Shown here: positions 1 through 9,368 of the stretch, one piece after another
How positions within the stretch are numbered: position 1 is the stretch's first letter
Layout of the letters: every line of letters begins with the position of its first letter
IMG/VR virus record: IMGVR_UViG_3300050331_000089
Span: 1 to 37,171 of that record
Reading direction: 5' to 3' (one strand)
DNA: 37,171 bases
From: a virus
Lineage: Duplodnaviria > Caudoviricetes
Translations under genes and position numbers: made by a program
The notes under the pieces: model-generated
Database searches by the model: none
What the model saw: only the letters and a program-made list of their open reading frames with translations
Told to the model about the DNA's origin: nothing

Positions 1-1563
<1,563 letters not shown>

Positions 1564-1665
1564 CGTCGTCTCGGCTCACGTCTTGGCGCGGGGGATTATC
1601 GCGCACGGCATCGACAGCTTGCTGGGCGAGCAGCCAAATGAGGCGGCGCAGCGCAGTGGTCATGG

Positions 1666-2268
1666 TCAGCGGGCAGCCTGCGCTTCGTCGCGCACGTGCT
1701 CGATTGGCCCATCGGCCGGCGCCGTGCGCCAGTCGGGCCACGTGCGCGCCTCGTTCTTCGCCTGCTTGGCCGCGAGCGCGTCTACGATCTGCTCGGCGCT
1801 GTAGCCAGCGCGCCAGGCACCGTCGAGCGCGAGGATTACGACGTCGATCCATTCGCTCAGGTCGTCGGGCGCGGCCTCGATCTCCGCGAGCTCCTTGCGG
1901 ATGTGTGCGACGACGCCGGCGGTGCGCGCGCCGGGGCCGAACGTGCGCTCGCTGAATGCCTTCGCGCGGTTGATGTGCGCGACCAGGTCGAAGGGGAGCG
2001 GCTCGGCCGCGCGCGCGTTCTTCATCCGCGTGATGACGCCCTGCAGCGCAGCGATGCGTCGCTCGGCTCGCGCGCGGATCTCGTGCTCCTGCTTGTAGTA
2101 ACCCTCGTATCGGTCGCGCTGCGAGATCAGCTCCGTGTGCCGCTGCGCCATCTTCTCGGTGGCATCGGCGATCCGCAGCAGCGCGCCGTCGCGCACCTCC
2201 TGCCACGTAGGCGTTTCATCCTTGGTCGTGTAGTTGCTGCGCGAGGCGTCGCGAATGGTCTTGTTCAT
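1666..2268 (-). CDS. dATP/dGTP pyrophosphohydrolase (DUF550, MazG-like fold) with an N-terminal coiled-coil domain
   Basis: FSERTFGPG..GVVAHIRKELAEIEAAPDDLSEWIDVVILALDGAWRAG..KQAKNEARTWPDWR..PIEHVR. Start at MNKTIR with an ATGA overlap. Confidence 0.85.
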   Translation of the reverse strand: MNKTIRDASRSNYTTKDETPTWQEVRDGALLRIADATEKMAQRHTELISQRDRYEGYYKQEHEIRARAERRIAALQGVITRMKNARAAEPLPFDLVAHINRAKAFSERTFGPGARTAGVVAHIRKELAEIEAAPDDLSEWIDVVILALDGAWRAGYSAEQIVDALAAKQAKNEARTWPDWRTAPADGPIEHVRDEAQAAR

Positions 2269-2462
2269 GGAAACAGCTCCGGTCGCTGCCGCGCGAGCAG
2301 GCCTTCGAGCGTGGCGAGCACCGCGCGCATCGCGTTCGTCTCCGCGTCGGCCTTCTGCTGCGTCAGGCGCCTCGACTCGACCCAGCGCGGGTACACGCGC
2401 TCGCGCATCGAGATCTCGCGCCGCACGCAGGCGATCTGCTCGTCGAGGGTGATCGTGCTCAC
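2265..2462 (-). CDS. Conserved phage hypothetical protein
   Basis: ITLDEQIACVRREISMRERVYPRWV motif; 4-nt overlaps with both neighbours. Confidence 0.8.
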   Translation of the reverse strand: MSTITLDEQIACVRREISMRERVYPRWVESRRLTQQKADAETNAMRAVLATLEGLLARQRPELFP

Positions 2463-2989
2463 GCCGCAAGCCTCTCGCTCTCGGCCGCCGGCGGCGTCAG
2501 CGTGATCGTCACCTCGCGCTTGACCATGCGCGAGAGCTTGCCCGCCGCGCGTTCCTCAATGTCGGAGTGCGACACGCGGAAGGTGAGCGTCACCGATCCG
2601 CCCTCGTGCGGGTTGATCTTGACGTCGTTGACCTTGCAGTCGCCGAGCTCGATCGCCGATTTCCCGCCGACGCCGTAGTCGACCGTGAGCACGTAGCCGG
2701 CGCCCTCGTACTCGATCTCGAAGGGGCCGCGCAGCTTCGGGCAGCGCAGGTTCGGCAGGTCGCTCACCGGCTCGACGGCGTCGAGCTCGCCCTGCTGCGG
2801 CTCGGCCTGCGGCTGCTCGCTCTTCCAGTACAGCGCTGCGCGCAGCTGCGAGCCGAACTCGGAGAGCACGTCGTTCGACACCTTCGCCTCAAAGCGGATG
2901 TCGCAGGCCGGCACTTCCTCCTTGCCGTGCGTCTCGCTGCGTGAATTGTAGGACGTGATCTTCGCGGTCGTCTTTTCGAGGGAGAACAT
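2459..2989 (-). CDS. Conserved phage hypothetical protein
   Basis: True start MFSLEKT with CAGGAG RBS inside the longer track ORF; globular sequence with phage codon usage. Confidence 0.75.
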   Translation of the reverse strand: MFSLEKTTAKITSYNSRSETHGKEEVPACDIRFEAKVSNDVLSEFGSQLRAALYWKSEQPQAEPQQGELDAVEPVSDLPNLRCPKLRGPFEIEYEGAGYVLTVDYGVGGKSAIELGDCKVNDVKINPHEGGSVTLTFRVSHSDIEERAAGKLSRMVKREVTITLTPPAAESERLAA

Positions 2990-3012
2990 CGGGCGGGGCT
3001 CCTGGTGGTGGG

Positions 3013-3234
3013 TCAGTACGATCCGTACTCGTCGCCCTGGCGTTCCTGCCAGCGCGTTTCTGCTGCGGTCGCGGCTGCGTCCTCGCGTGCGTCGCGCTCC
3101 ATCTGCCGGATGCGCGATCGCAGGCGTTCGATTTCGTCGGCGGCTTGGCACGCGGCTTCGCACAGCAGGGCGACGTCGGCGTTCACGCGTGGGATCGGGC
3201 GTCGCAGGCGGGAGAGGAGGTCGGGCGCGCTCAC
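3013..3234 (-). CDS. Small phage hypothetical protein
   Basis: GTG start overlapping the upstream TGA; AADEIERLR motif common in phage early proteins. Confidence 0.6.
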   Translation of the reverse strand: MSAPDLLSRLRRPIPRVNADVALLCEAACQAADEIERLRSRIRQMERDAREDAAATAAETRWQERQGDEYGSY

Positions 3235-4409
3235 GCCGTCGCCTCGCTCGGTTCGTCGGCCAGCGCGATCGCTTCGCGCAGCGCCGCAACGGCGGCATCC
3301 CATTCGGCGTCGGTCGCGCGCTCGCCCTCTGGAATGTTCGATTCGCAGCGCTCGAGGAGGGCCAGCGCGAGCCGCGCAGCAGTGAGCAGCTTCGGCGCCG
3401 CTTCCTCGAGGCGACACTTGGCCTCGTACGCTGCCTGCTTCCGCGCGTATTCCGCACGTTGCTCGACGCCGATCCTTTCTCGCTCGACGCGCTCGGCCTC
3501 GGCGCGCGCCGCGGCTTCGCGCTCCTCCTGCTCGCGTCGCTGGCGGTCGATCTCGGCCTGCTGCCGCTCAAGCTCGGCGCGCTCGGCGTCGAGCCTGCGC
3601 TGCTCTTCGGCTTGGCGCTCGGCTTCGATGCGGCGCTGCTCGGCCATGCGCGCTTCCTCGGCTTCGCGCTGCGCCCGCGGCTCGGCCTCCTGCTTCTCGC
3701 GCTCCGCGGTGATGCGTCGGACTTCGGCCGCGTGCTCTTCGCGCGCGATCCGTTCGGCCTCGGCGCGTCGCGCTTCGTCCTCCCTGCGCTGCTGCTCGAG
3801 CGCCTCGCGTTCGGCACGCAGGCGCCGCGCCTCTTCCTCGTGCGAGAGCGTCCCGGCGAGCAGTTCGCGCATGGCTGCGAGCGCCTGGGCATGCGCGGCT
3901 TCGGCAGCCGGTCGAAACTCGGCGAACGTATCGTCGATCTCGATCGCGACCAGATCACCGATCCGCGCCTCCATCACGATCGACGTCTTGCCGGCGGCGC
4001 GCACCGGGAACGCCTTGATCTTGTCGATGCGCTCCTGAATCTCGGCGACGCGGCGGCGCTCGGCTTCGGCCTTCGCCTGCCGCTCACGCTCGCGCCGGGC
4101 CTCTTCGGCCTTGATCTGCTCGTCGATCGGCGTCTCGAGCGCGAGAATCTCCGCTTCGATGCGCTTGGCCTCGGTGTCGATCAGGCGCGAGCGCTCCAGC
4201 GCCGGGGCCTTGAGCTCCTTGCGCTTGGCCTCCAGAGACGTGCGCAGCCGCACCAGTTCCAGCCGGGCGGCGCGCGCCTCCTTGTCGCCCTTCGTCGTCG
4301 TCACGTCGAAGGCAACGCCCTTGAAGCGAGCGCGCAGATCCTCCAGCGCCGCGGCCGTCGGGCTGTACTCGGCGATCGCGGTCACTGGCTTTTCGATGGT
4401 CTCGGTCAT
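3231..4409 (-). CDS. Long coiled-coil phage protein of the recombination module
   Basis: 392-aa E/R/A-rich helical ORF directly downstream of the annealase. Confidence 0.8.
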   Translation of the reverse strand: MTETIEKPVTAIAEYSPTAAALEDLRARFKGVAFDVTTTKGDKEARAARLELVRLRTSLEAKRKELKAPALERSRLIDTEAKRIEAEILALETPIDEQIKAEEARRERERQAKAEAERRRVAEIQERIDKIKAFPVRAAGKTSIVMEARIGDLVAIEIDDTFAEFRPAAEAAHAQALAAMRELLAGTLSHEEEARRLRAEREALEQQRREDEARRAEAERIAREEHAAEVRRITAEREKQEAEPRAQREAEEARMAEQRRIEAERQAEEQRRLDAERAELERQQAEIDRQRREQEEREAAARAEAERVERERIGVEQRAEYARKQAAYEAKCRLEEAAPKLLTAARLALALLERCESNIPEGERATDAEWDAAVAALREAIALADEPSEATA

Positions 4410-4412
4410 CGC

Positions 4413-5345
4413 TCACTCCCCGGCCAGCTTCGCCCGCAGATCGCGGTACAGGGCCGTCAGTTCCTTGCGCTGATCCAGCGCCGGCACCAACTCGATGAGC
4501 GTCGCGGCCTCGTCGAGCTCGTCGACGGTGGTCGCAGCCTCCAGCCGCTCGCGGACCTCGGCGTAGGTGACGCGCGGGGCGTCGGCGGGGGGCGGCGGTT
4601 CGGTCGGCTGCTCGACGTCCGGTTTTTCGATCGGATTCGAGGAGGGGGCGCTTATCACGCCGTCGCCGTCGATCGCTTCGCCGAGCGGCAGCGGGTCGGG
4701 CGCATGGCGCGATTCAATGCGCTGGTTCAACTCGTGCACGGCATCGTTCGAGACCACGCGCACATCGCCGTCGATGATCCGCTCGGCCTCGTCCGGGTCG
4801 TAGATTCCGGCGAAACTGAACGCCAGGCGCGCAGCCTGGATGAACGCGCGGTGCCTCAGCATCCGCTGGGGCGAAGTGTTCCACGGGTCGGTGCCGCGCC
4901 TGCACTCGCGCAGCAGCTCGCGGATGACGGTCGGCCGGCTGCGATCCTTGCGGTACATCGCGCACTGGATCCACTCCGGCCCCTTGCCCTCGTCTGGTCC
5001 GTACTCGAATTCGCAGCCGTCGTATTGCGGATGCTCGTTCACGATGCGCGTCCAGCCGTCGACCCCGACCACGGGCACGATGCCGCCGCGCTTGTCGGGG
5101 AAGGCGTAGATCTCTTTCGTGAACGGGTTGAGGTTGTACTGGTTCGCGACGACGAGCAGCGCAATCATTTGCTCGTTGCTGATGGGCGGGCCGCCGTTCG
5201 GGTTCTTGAACGCGGTGCCTTTCAGCGTGTCGAGCATCTTCCCGGGCTCGAGGTCGTACTTCTTGGAGAACGTCTCGAGCAGGCTGACACGGTGCTGCTT
5301 CGGGTGAACGACATCTGCAACTGCACTCATGGTGCTGGTCTCCAT
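4413..5345 (-). CDS. bet: Lambda Beta-like single-strand annealing protein (RecT family)
   Basis: LKGTAFK...QMIALLVVANQYNLNPFTKEIYAFPDKRGGIVPVVGVDGW.RI.NEHPQ.DG...PQRMLRHRA.IQ.ARLAF...GIYD.DEAERI. Confidence 0.93.
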   Translation of the reverse strand: METSTMSAVADVVHPKQHRVSLLETFSKKYDLEPGKMLDTLKGTAFKNPNGGPPISNEQMIALLVVANQYNLNPFTKEIYAFPDKRGGIVPVVGVDGWTRIVNEHPQYDGCEFEYGPDEGKGPEWIQCAMYRKDRSRPTVIRELLRECRRGTDPWNTSPQRMLRHRAFIQAARLAFSFAGIYDPDEAERIIDGDVRVVSNDAVHELNQRIESRHAPDPLPLGEAIDGDGVISAPSSNPIEKPDVEQPTEPPPPADAPRVTYAEVRERLEAATTVDELDEAATLIELVPALDQRKELTALYRDLRAKLAGE

Positions 5346-5351
5346 GTGGAA

Positions 5352-6287
5352 TCAGTAGGTGGGCACGGCGATCGACGTCGCCCAGCGGGGCAGCACGATC
5401 GGATTGACACGCTCTGGATAGCCGCGCCAGTAGCCGGTATCGCGAGCCTGCTTGTAGAGCAGCATCGCCTCCTCGCAGCGCGCCGCGCCGAAGGCGATCG
5501 CATTGGGCTCGAGCACGTAGACCGCGCAGCCGTAGGGCGCGGCCGACTCGACGGCGATGAAGAGGAAGGCGCGCAGCGATTCGTCGCGCAGGTGCTCGTG
5601 CGCCGTGTTGTACCAAGCGGCCTGGTAGTGGTACTTGAACGCAGCGACGCTGCGCGCGAAGACTTCGGGGCTCGCGTCCTGGCAGCTCTTCAGGTCGAAG
5701 CCGAACCCCGAATCGTTGAGCCGGTCGAAGCGCGCCTTGCACGGAATGTCGAGCCGCGCGTCGCGCCAGAAGAACGACACCTCCGAGGCGCCGCCGCTCA
5801 TCATTTCGTCGTGGATCGGATGCCGGCGCACGGATCCGACCATGCCGGCGACCTTCTCGCCCTGCTCGGCGGTGAGCACCAGCTTGCCCTCGGCCTTCGC
5901 ATTGAAGTCCGTCCACCACTGCATTGCGGCGAGCGACGACGGCGAGGGTTTCGCGGCGCCCCATTGCGCGGCGGTCGGCTTCTTCGGCGCATCCTCGGGC
6001 GTGACGATCACCGACTCGGCGAAGCGCTCCGGCTCGAGGATCGCCATGTGCACGGCGGTGCCGATCAGCATCGAGTCGGTCGGCTCGCTCGGATGGTCCT
6101 GGTCGAAGCGGTAATGCGCCGGCGACTGCAGTATCCGCTTGATGCCGCTGGCCGAGAGCGCATCCACCTTGAGATAGTCCTCGTGCGCGATGTCCAGGTG
6201 CACGCCCGGGACGAAAGGCGCGACCGGCTGCTCGTCGGCGGGCGCCTCGATCGGCGCGTCGACCTGCTCGAGTACGGCAGCCATCAC
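5352..6287 (-). CDS. RecE/exonuclease VIII-like PD-(D/E)XK exonuclease (DUF3799-type)
   Basis: LSASGIK..L.SPAHY, GTAVHMAILEP, SEVSFFW, CKARFD, DLKS, YHYQAAWY, FLFIAVE motifs. Confidence 0.88.
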   Translation of the reverse strand: MMAAVLEQVDAPIEAPADEQPVAPFVPGVHLDIAHEDYLKVDALSASGIKRILQSPAHYRFDQDHPSEPTDSMLIGTAVHMAILEPERFAESVIVTPEDAPKKPTAAQWGAAKPSPSSLAAMQWWTDFNAKAEGKLVLTAEQGEKVAGMVGSVRRHPIHDEMMSGGASEVSFFWRDARLDIPCKARFDRLNDSGFGFDLKSCQDASPEVFARSVAAFKYHYQAAWYNTAHEHLRDESLRAFLFIAVESAAPYGCAVYVLEPNAIAFGAARCEEAMLLYKQARDTGYWRGYPERVNPIVLPRWATSIAVPTY

Positions 6288-6457
6288 GCCGCCCTCTGCA
6301 GCTTGCGCGCCGCCCGCCGCGGCTGCTGCCCGAACATCGGGCGGATCGCAAACCCGCGCGGATGCCGGCGCGTCAGGTCTTGCACGCGCGCGAGCAGCTC
6401 GCGGTAGGCGTCGTGCGACGCGCGCATGGCGAGGATTTCGCGGTAGCGGTCTTGCAT
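6284..6457 (-). CDS. Small basic hypothetical protein (57 aa, not in the ORF track)
   Basis: MQDRYREILAMRASHDAYRELLARVQ...KLQRAA; GGAG RBS; stop overlaps the exonuclease start. Confidence 0.6.
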   Translation of the reverse strand: MQDRYREILAMRASHDAYRELLARVQDLTRRHPRGFAIRPMFGQQPRRAARKLQRAA

Positions 6458-6459
6458 CG

Positions 6460-6600
6460 TCAGGCTCCCATGAAAAGCAGCGCGCCGAGCGTGACGCCGA
6501 GCGCGACGAGGGCGACGCCGTCCTTGACTCGCTCGTCGTGCCAGACCTGGCGCAACACCCAGTACACGAACGGTTCCCGGCGCAGGTAGGCGGGCCTCAC
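6460..6600 (-). CDS. Small membrane protein (46 aa, not in the ORF track)
   Basis: MRPAYLRREPFVYWVLRQVWHDERVKDGVALVALGVTLGALLFMGA; GTGA overlap, AGGGAG RBS, C-terminal hydrophobic helix. Confidence 0.6.
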   Translation of the reverse strand: MRPAYLRREPFVYWVLRQVWHDERVKDGVALVALGVTLGALLFMGA

Positions 6601-6956
6601 TTGATCTCTCCCTTGACGATCAGCCGCTCGAGCTCGGCGGCCAGCGCGTCGGTCATGTCACGCGCGATGCAGTCCGCCTCCGCATGACGGCCGTTCATCA
6701 CGCGCAACCGCAGCAGGTCGGCAGCGCCGAACAGGTCGACGTACTGGCTGTCGACCTTGATCTCGATCGACGAGTAGTCGAGCGTCGCGTCGGCCTGCAG
6801 GCGGGTGAGCTCGTCCGGGTCGTGCGCGATGGACTGAGCGCGGTCGTATCGGCGGTTGGCGGCGAGCCTCGCCTCGTGCGCCTGCTGCTCGAGCGACTTG
6901 AGCAGGCGATCGTCGCGGCGATCGACGCCGGCCTGAGTAGCGGCGTAGGCGTTCAT
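6597..6956 (-). CDS. Phage hypothetical protein
   Basis: Start MNAYAATQ with ATGA overlap; tiles the leftward operon. Confidence 0.65.
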   Translation of the reverse strand: MNAYAATQAGVDRRDDRLLKSLEQQAHEARLAANRRYDRAQSIAHDPDELTRLQADATLDYSSIEIKVDSQYVDLFGAADLLRLRVMNGRHAEADCIARDMTDALAAELERLIVKGEIK

Positions 6957-7210
6957 GCCGCGCTCCAGAACAACGCGCGAGCGGCGCGGCGCCAGTACCA
7001 GTTGCCGGCGCGCATGCGCTGCGCAAACGATCTCGTGTCGTACTGGTAGCCCCGGCTCATCCACTGCAGGGCGATGCCGACGTTGTCGATGGCCGTGCGG
7101 ATGCGACCGCTATGCGCCACCGTTGTCTGGACGTTCGTGCCGCGCGCCCACCGGCTGAGCGCGAGGCCGGCGGCCTTGAGCGGGCGGGTCGGGGTGGTGC
7201 TGGATTGCAT
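6953..7210 (-). CDS. First gene of the pL operon, basic hypothetical protein
   Basis: CAGGAGG RBS before MQSSTTP; immediately downstream of pL. Confidence 0.65.
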   Translation of the reverse strand: MQSSTTPTRPLKAAGLALSRWARGTNVQTTVAHSGRIRTAIDNVGIALQWMSRGYQYDTRSFAQRMRAGNWYWRRAARALFWSAA

Positions 7211-7232
7211 GGCTGCCTCCTGTGTTGGAGGC

Positions 7233-7261
7233 ATTACACCAGATGGTGTATCACATGTCAA
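7233..7261 (-). promoter_or_regulatory. Leftward early promoter pL
   Basis: TTGACA (7261-7256), 17-nt spacer, TGTAAT (7238-7233) on the minus strand. Confidence 0.85.
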
Positions 7262-7275
7262 CACCGTTCGGTGTA
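7235..7275. promoter_or_regulatory. oL: two repressor operators
   Basis: TACACC-AGAT-GGTGTA (7235-7250) and AACACC-GTTC-GGTGTA (7260-7275) overlap pL; the same motif recurs between cI and cro. Confidence 0.88.
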
Positions 7276-7466
7276 TTCATGAGCCACTCGGCCAGCGCTC
7301 GCGTGACTTGCGTCACGGACCGCCCGCCGCCCGTCGCCCGGTGTTGCCGCCTGCCCGCCCACGCCTGGCGTTCCGTGGGGGCTCGGTGGCTTTAGGCGGG
7401 CCTTCGTGGCATGATCGGTAGCCGCGTTTTGCGGGATCGTCGCAACCGGCAAAGGAGAGGCACGAC

Positions 7467-7967
7467 ATGGGGCTGGGGGTCTGCTGCTTCGAGGGCGGAT
7501 CGGAGATGAGCGTGGCGCGCCGCGTCGAGGCGCAGGCGCAACGTAGTCTCGAGCTGCTCCGGGTCATCGAGAAGACCGTCGAGAACGTGGTCGGGATGAG
7601 CAAGGTCTTCGAGGGCATCGCGGAGGGCGCGCGCGACTTGGCGACCAAGATCGTCGCCGGAGACGAGAAAGCCGAACTGGACCCCGACGGCAAGAACGTC
7701 GAGGTCTTCGCGACCGGCCAAGCCGTGTGCGAGGCCCTTCTGGCCCGCTTCGAGCGGTGCTTGGCCTCAGCCCGGGCGGACGCGATGCTTCACGAGGAAG
7801 ATGGCGTTGCCGAAGCCTACGAGCAGGCCATCGCGGCGGTGCGCGACCTTGGCGGCGCGATGGAAGAGCTCATCGTCGCGATCACCGTCCACGACGGAGC
7901 GGCCTCCGGGCCGGCCTCCGAGCCGTTCACCTGCGCCGACGACCTGATCGCGTTCCTGCGGCGATAG
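7467..7967 (+). CDS. Putative antitoxin (atypical, helical, acidic)
   Basis: AAGGAGAGG RBS; 10 nt upstream of a RelE-like gene; C-terminal EPFTCADDLIAFLRR resembles DinJ/RelB-type toxin-binding tails. Confidence 0.6.
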   Translation: MGLGVCCFEGGSEMSVARRVEAQAQRSLELLRVIEKTVENVVGMSKVFEGIAEGARDLATKIVAGDEKAELDPDGKNVEVFATGQAVCEALLARFERCLASARADAMLHEEDGVAEAYEQAIAAVRDLGGAMEELIVAITVHDGAASGPASEPFTCADDLIAFLRR

Positions 7968-7977
7968 GGCGGCCTTC

Positions 7978-8241
7978 GTGCGCATCGCGCGCGTGGTTGC
8001 GTCTCGTCGATTCGACCGGGACTACAGGGGGCTGGACGCCAACCGCCAGGCGGCCGTGGATCAGGCGATCCGGGACCTGTGCGCCGAGCCGCGCCCGGCC
8101 TCACTGCGGTTTCACCCGCTCCATGGCTACAAGCCAAAGCGGTTCGTCGTCGACATCGACAGCCACCACAGCTGGCAGATGTTCCTGGAGATCGAGGGCG
8201 ACACCGCCACGCCCCTGAGCATCAGGCGGCATCCGAAGTAG
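7978..8241 (+). CDS. RelE/ParE/YafQ-superfamily toxin
   Basis: 87 aa, basic; SRRFDRDYRGL...AIRDL..EPRPASLRFHPLHG...DI..HHSWQM..EIEGDTA...H pattern typical of the RelE fold. Confidence 0.72.
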   Translation: MRIARVVASRRFDRDYRGLDANRQAAVDQAIRDLCAEPRPASLRFHPLHGYKPKRFVVDIDSHHSWQMFLEIEGDTATPLSIRRHPK

Positions 8242-8290
8242 CTGCGCGCCCGCGCCCGAACGAGCCGACGCCGCGCAGGCCCCGGCGGCT

Positions 8291-8881
8291 CTACACGAGG
8301 GCGAGGTCGACGCTCTTGATCCGGAGATCGGCGCTGACGTCGGCGCTGACCGCGTCGCTGCGTTTCTTCCTTAGGTACGAGGCGACGCCCCAGTATTCGG
8401 CCTGCAGCGGCCCGGCGACGCGCCGCAGCAACTTGGCGAGGATGAGGACGATCAGCGCGACAGCCGCGAGAAATGGTGACCTGAAGATCAGCAGTTGGTC
8501 GTACAGGTCGCCGGCCTTGCGGTAAGCGTCCCGCACCGCCTGCGGCGTCTCGCTGCCGGTGAGCGCTTCACGGAACCGGGCGACCAGCTTCTCGCCTTCC
8601 TCGCCGCGCATCAGGCTCGCCAGGCGAGCGTATCGCCAGGCGGTTGCGTGCTCGGCGTTGCGGATCATCGAATTGAGCACCGTCCGGGCGGCCTGGTAGG
8701 AGCCGGAGCCGAACTCCAGCTCACCCTTCATCGCGCGCACGAAGAGCTCGTCCCGGACCTCGAACAGCCGCTGCCGAATCACGTCGACGACGAGGCGAGG
8801 CCACGCGACCCACAGCACCCACGCGATGGTGGCGATCGCGGCGAACGTAATCCATGCATCCACGACGTGCGTGACGGACAT
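8291..8881 (-). CDS. Membrane protein of unknown function (immunity-region cargo)
   Basis: N-terminal TM helix, D..RQRLF.VRDELF..A..G.L.F....Y...R..LNSMIR.A helical domain, second TM (PFLAAVALIVLILA). Confidence 0.8.
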   Translation of the reverse strand: MSVTHVVDAWITFAAIATIAWVLWVAWPRLVVDVIRQRLFEVRDELFVRAMKGELEFGSGSYQAARTVLNSMIRNAEHATAWRYARLASLMRGEEGEKLVARFREALTGSETPQAVRDAYRKAGDLYDQLLIFRSPFLAAVALIVLILAKLLRRVAGPLQAEYWGVASYLRKKRSDAVSADVSADLRIKSVDLALV

Positions 8882-8883
8882 CT

Positions 8884-9339
8884 TCAGTCTCCGTGCTCGG
8901 CGGGCGTCTCCCCGGTGGCGGTCAGGCCGCTGCTCGTGCGGCGCGGATCGACCTGCTGCTCGAGCCGCTTCAACTGGTCGCTCATCGACGAAACCTTGCG
9001 CAGTCTAAGGCGTCTTTCCGCCGCCGCCCAGAGAAACATGGCTACCGCGCCGGCAATCCACCACGGCGAGACGGCTCGCTCCGGCACCGAAACGAGCGCA
9101 TCGACGAAGAACTGGGCGATGGTGGCCTTGCCTGCCAGCTCCTTGACGCTCAGGTAGCCGAAGCCCGCGATCGCGACAATCCAGGCCGCCCGAAACCCCT
9201 GCATCGCGATCTTCGCCCACATCTCCGAGCGGGCGATCGCCATCATGAGCTGCTCGGACGGGCGGCGCCGCTCGATGAATCCCGGCATCCCGGGGTGGTT
9301 GTGCTCGGGCACAGAGGGTTGCGTCGGAGCCTTCGTCAC
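8884..9339 (-). CDS. Two-TM membrane protein of unknown function (immunity-region cargo)
   Basis: GGAGG RBS before GTG 9339 (alternative ATG 9288); two hydrophobic helices, coiled coil, C-terminal DPRRTSSGLTATGETP; 2 nt from the next gene. Confidence 0.75.
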   Translation of the reverse strand: MTKAPTQPSVPEHNHPGMPGFIERRRPSEQLMMAIARSEMWAKIAMQGFRAAWIVAIAGFGYLSVKELAGKATIAQFFVDALVSVPERAVSPWWIAGAVAMFLWAAAERRLRLRKVSSMSDQLKRLEQQVDPRRTSSGLTATGETPAEHGD

Positions 9340-9368
9340 CCCGGCCTCCACTTGCTCGGGGCCATCGA

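Noticed and set aside
1666-2268. Z-genome (2-aminoadenine) pathway
   Set aside because: Only DUF550 is present; there is no PurZ, DatZ or phage polymerase.
3231-4409. TolA-like or SMC-like call for the coiled-coil protein
   Set aside because: The similarity would be compositional only; there is no TM anchor or ATPase motif.
2955-6407. 1150-aa plus-strand ORF and many other long antisense or alternate-frame ORFs (e.g. 27185-29371, 30270-32009, the upstream part of 21636-24677)
   Set aside because: These are shadow ORFs caused by high GC opposite or overlapping genes with clear motifs; they are Arg/Ala/Pro-rich with no recognisable domains.
8262-8291. Imperfect hairpin between the convergent toxin and membrane genes as a bidirectional terminator
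   Set aside because: Mismatched stem and no U-tract on either strand.
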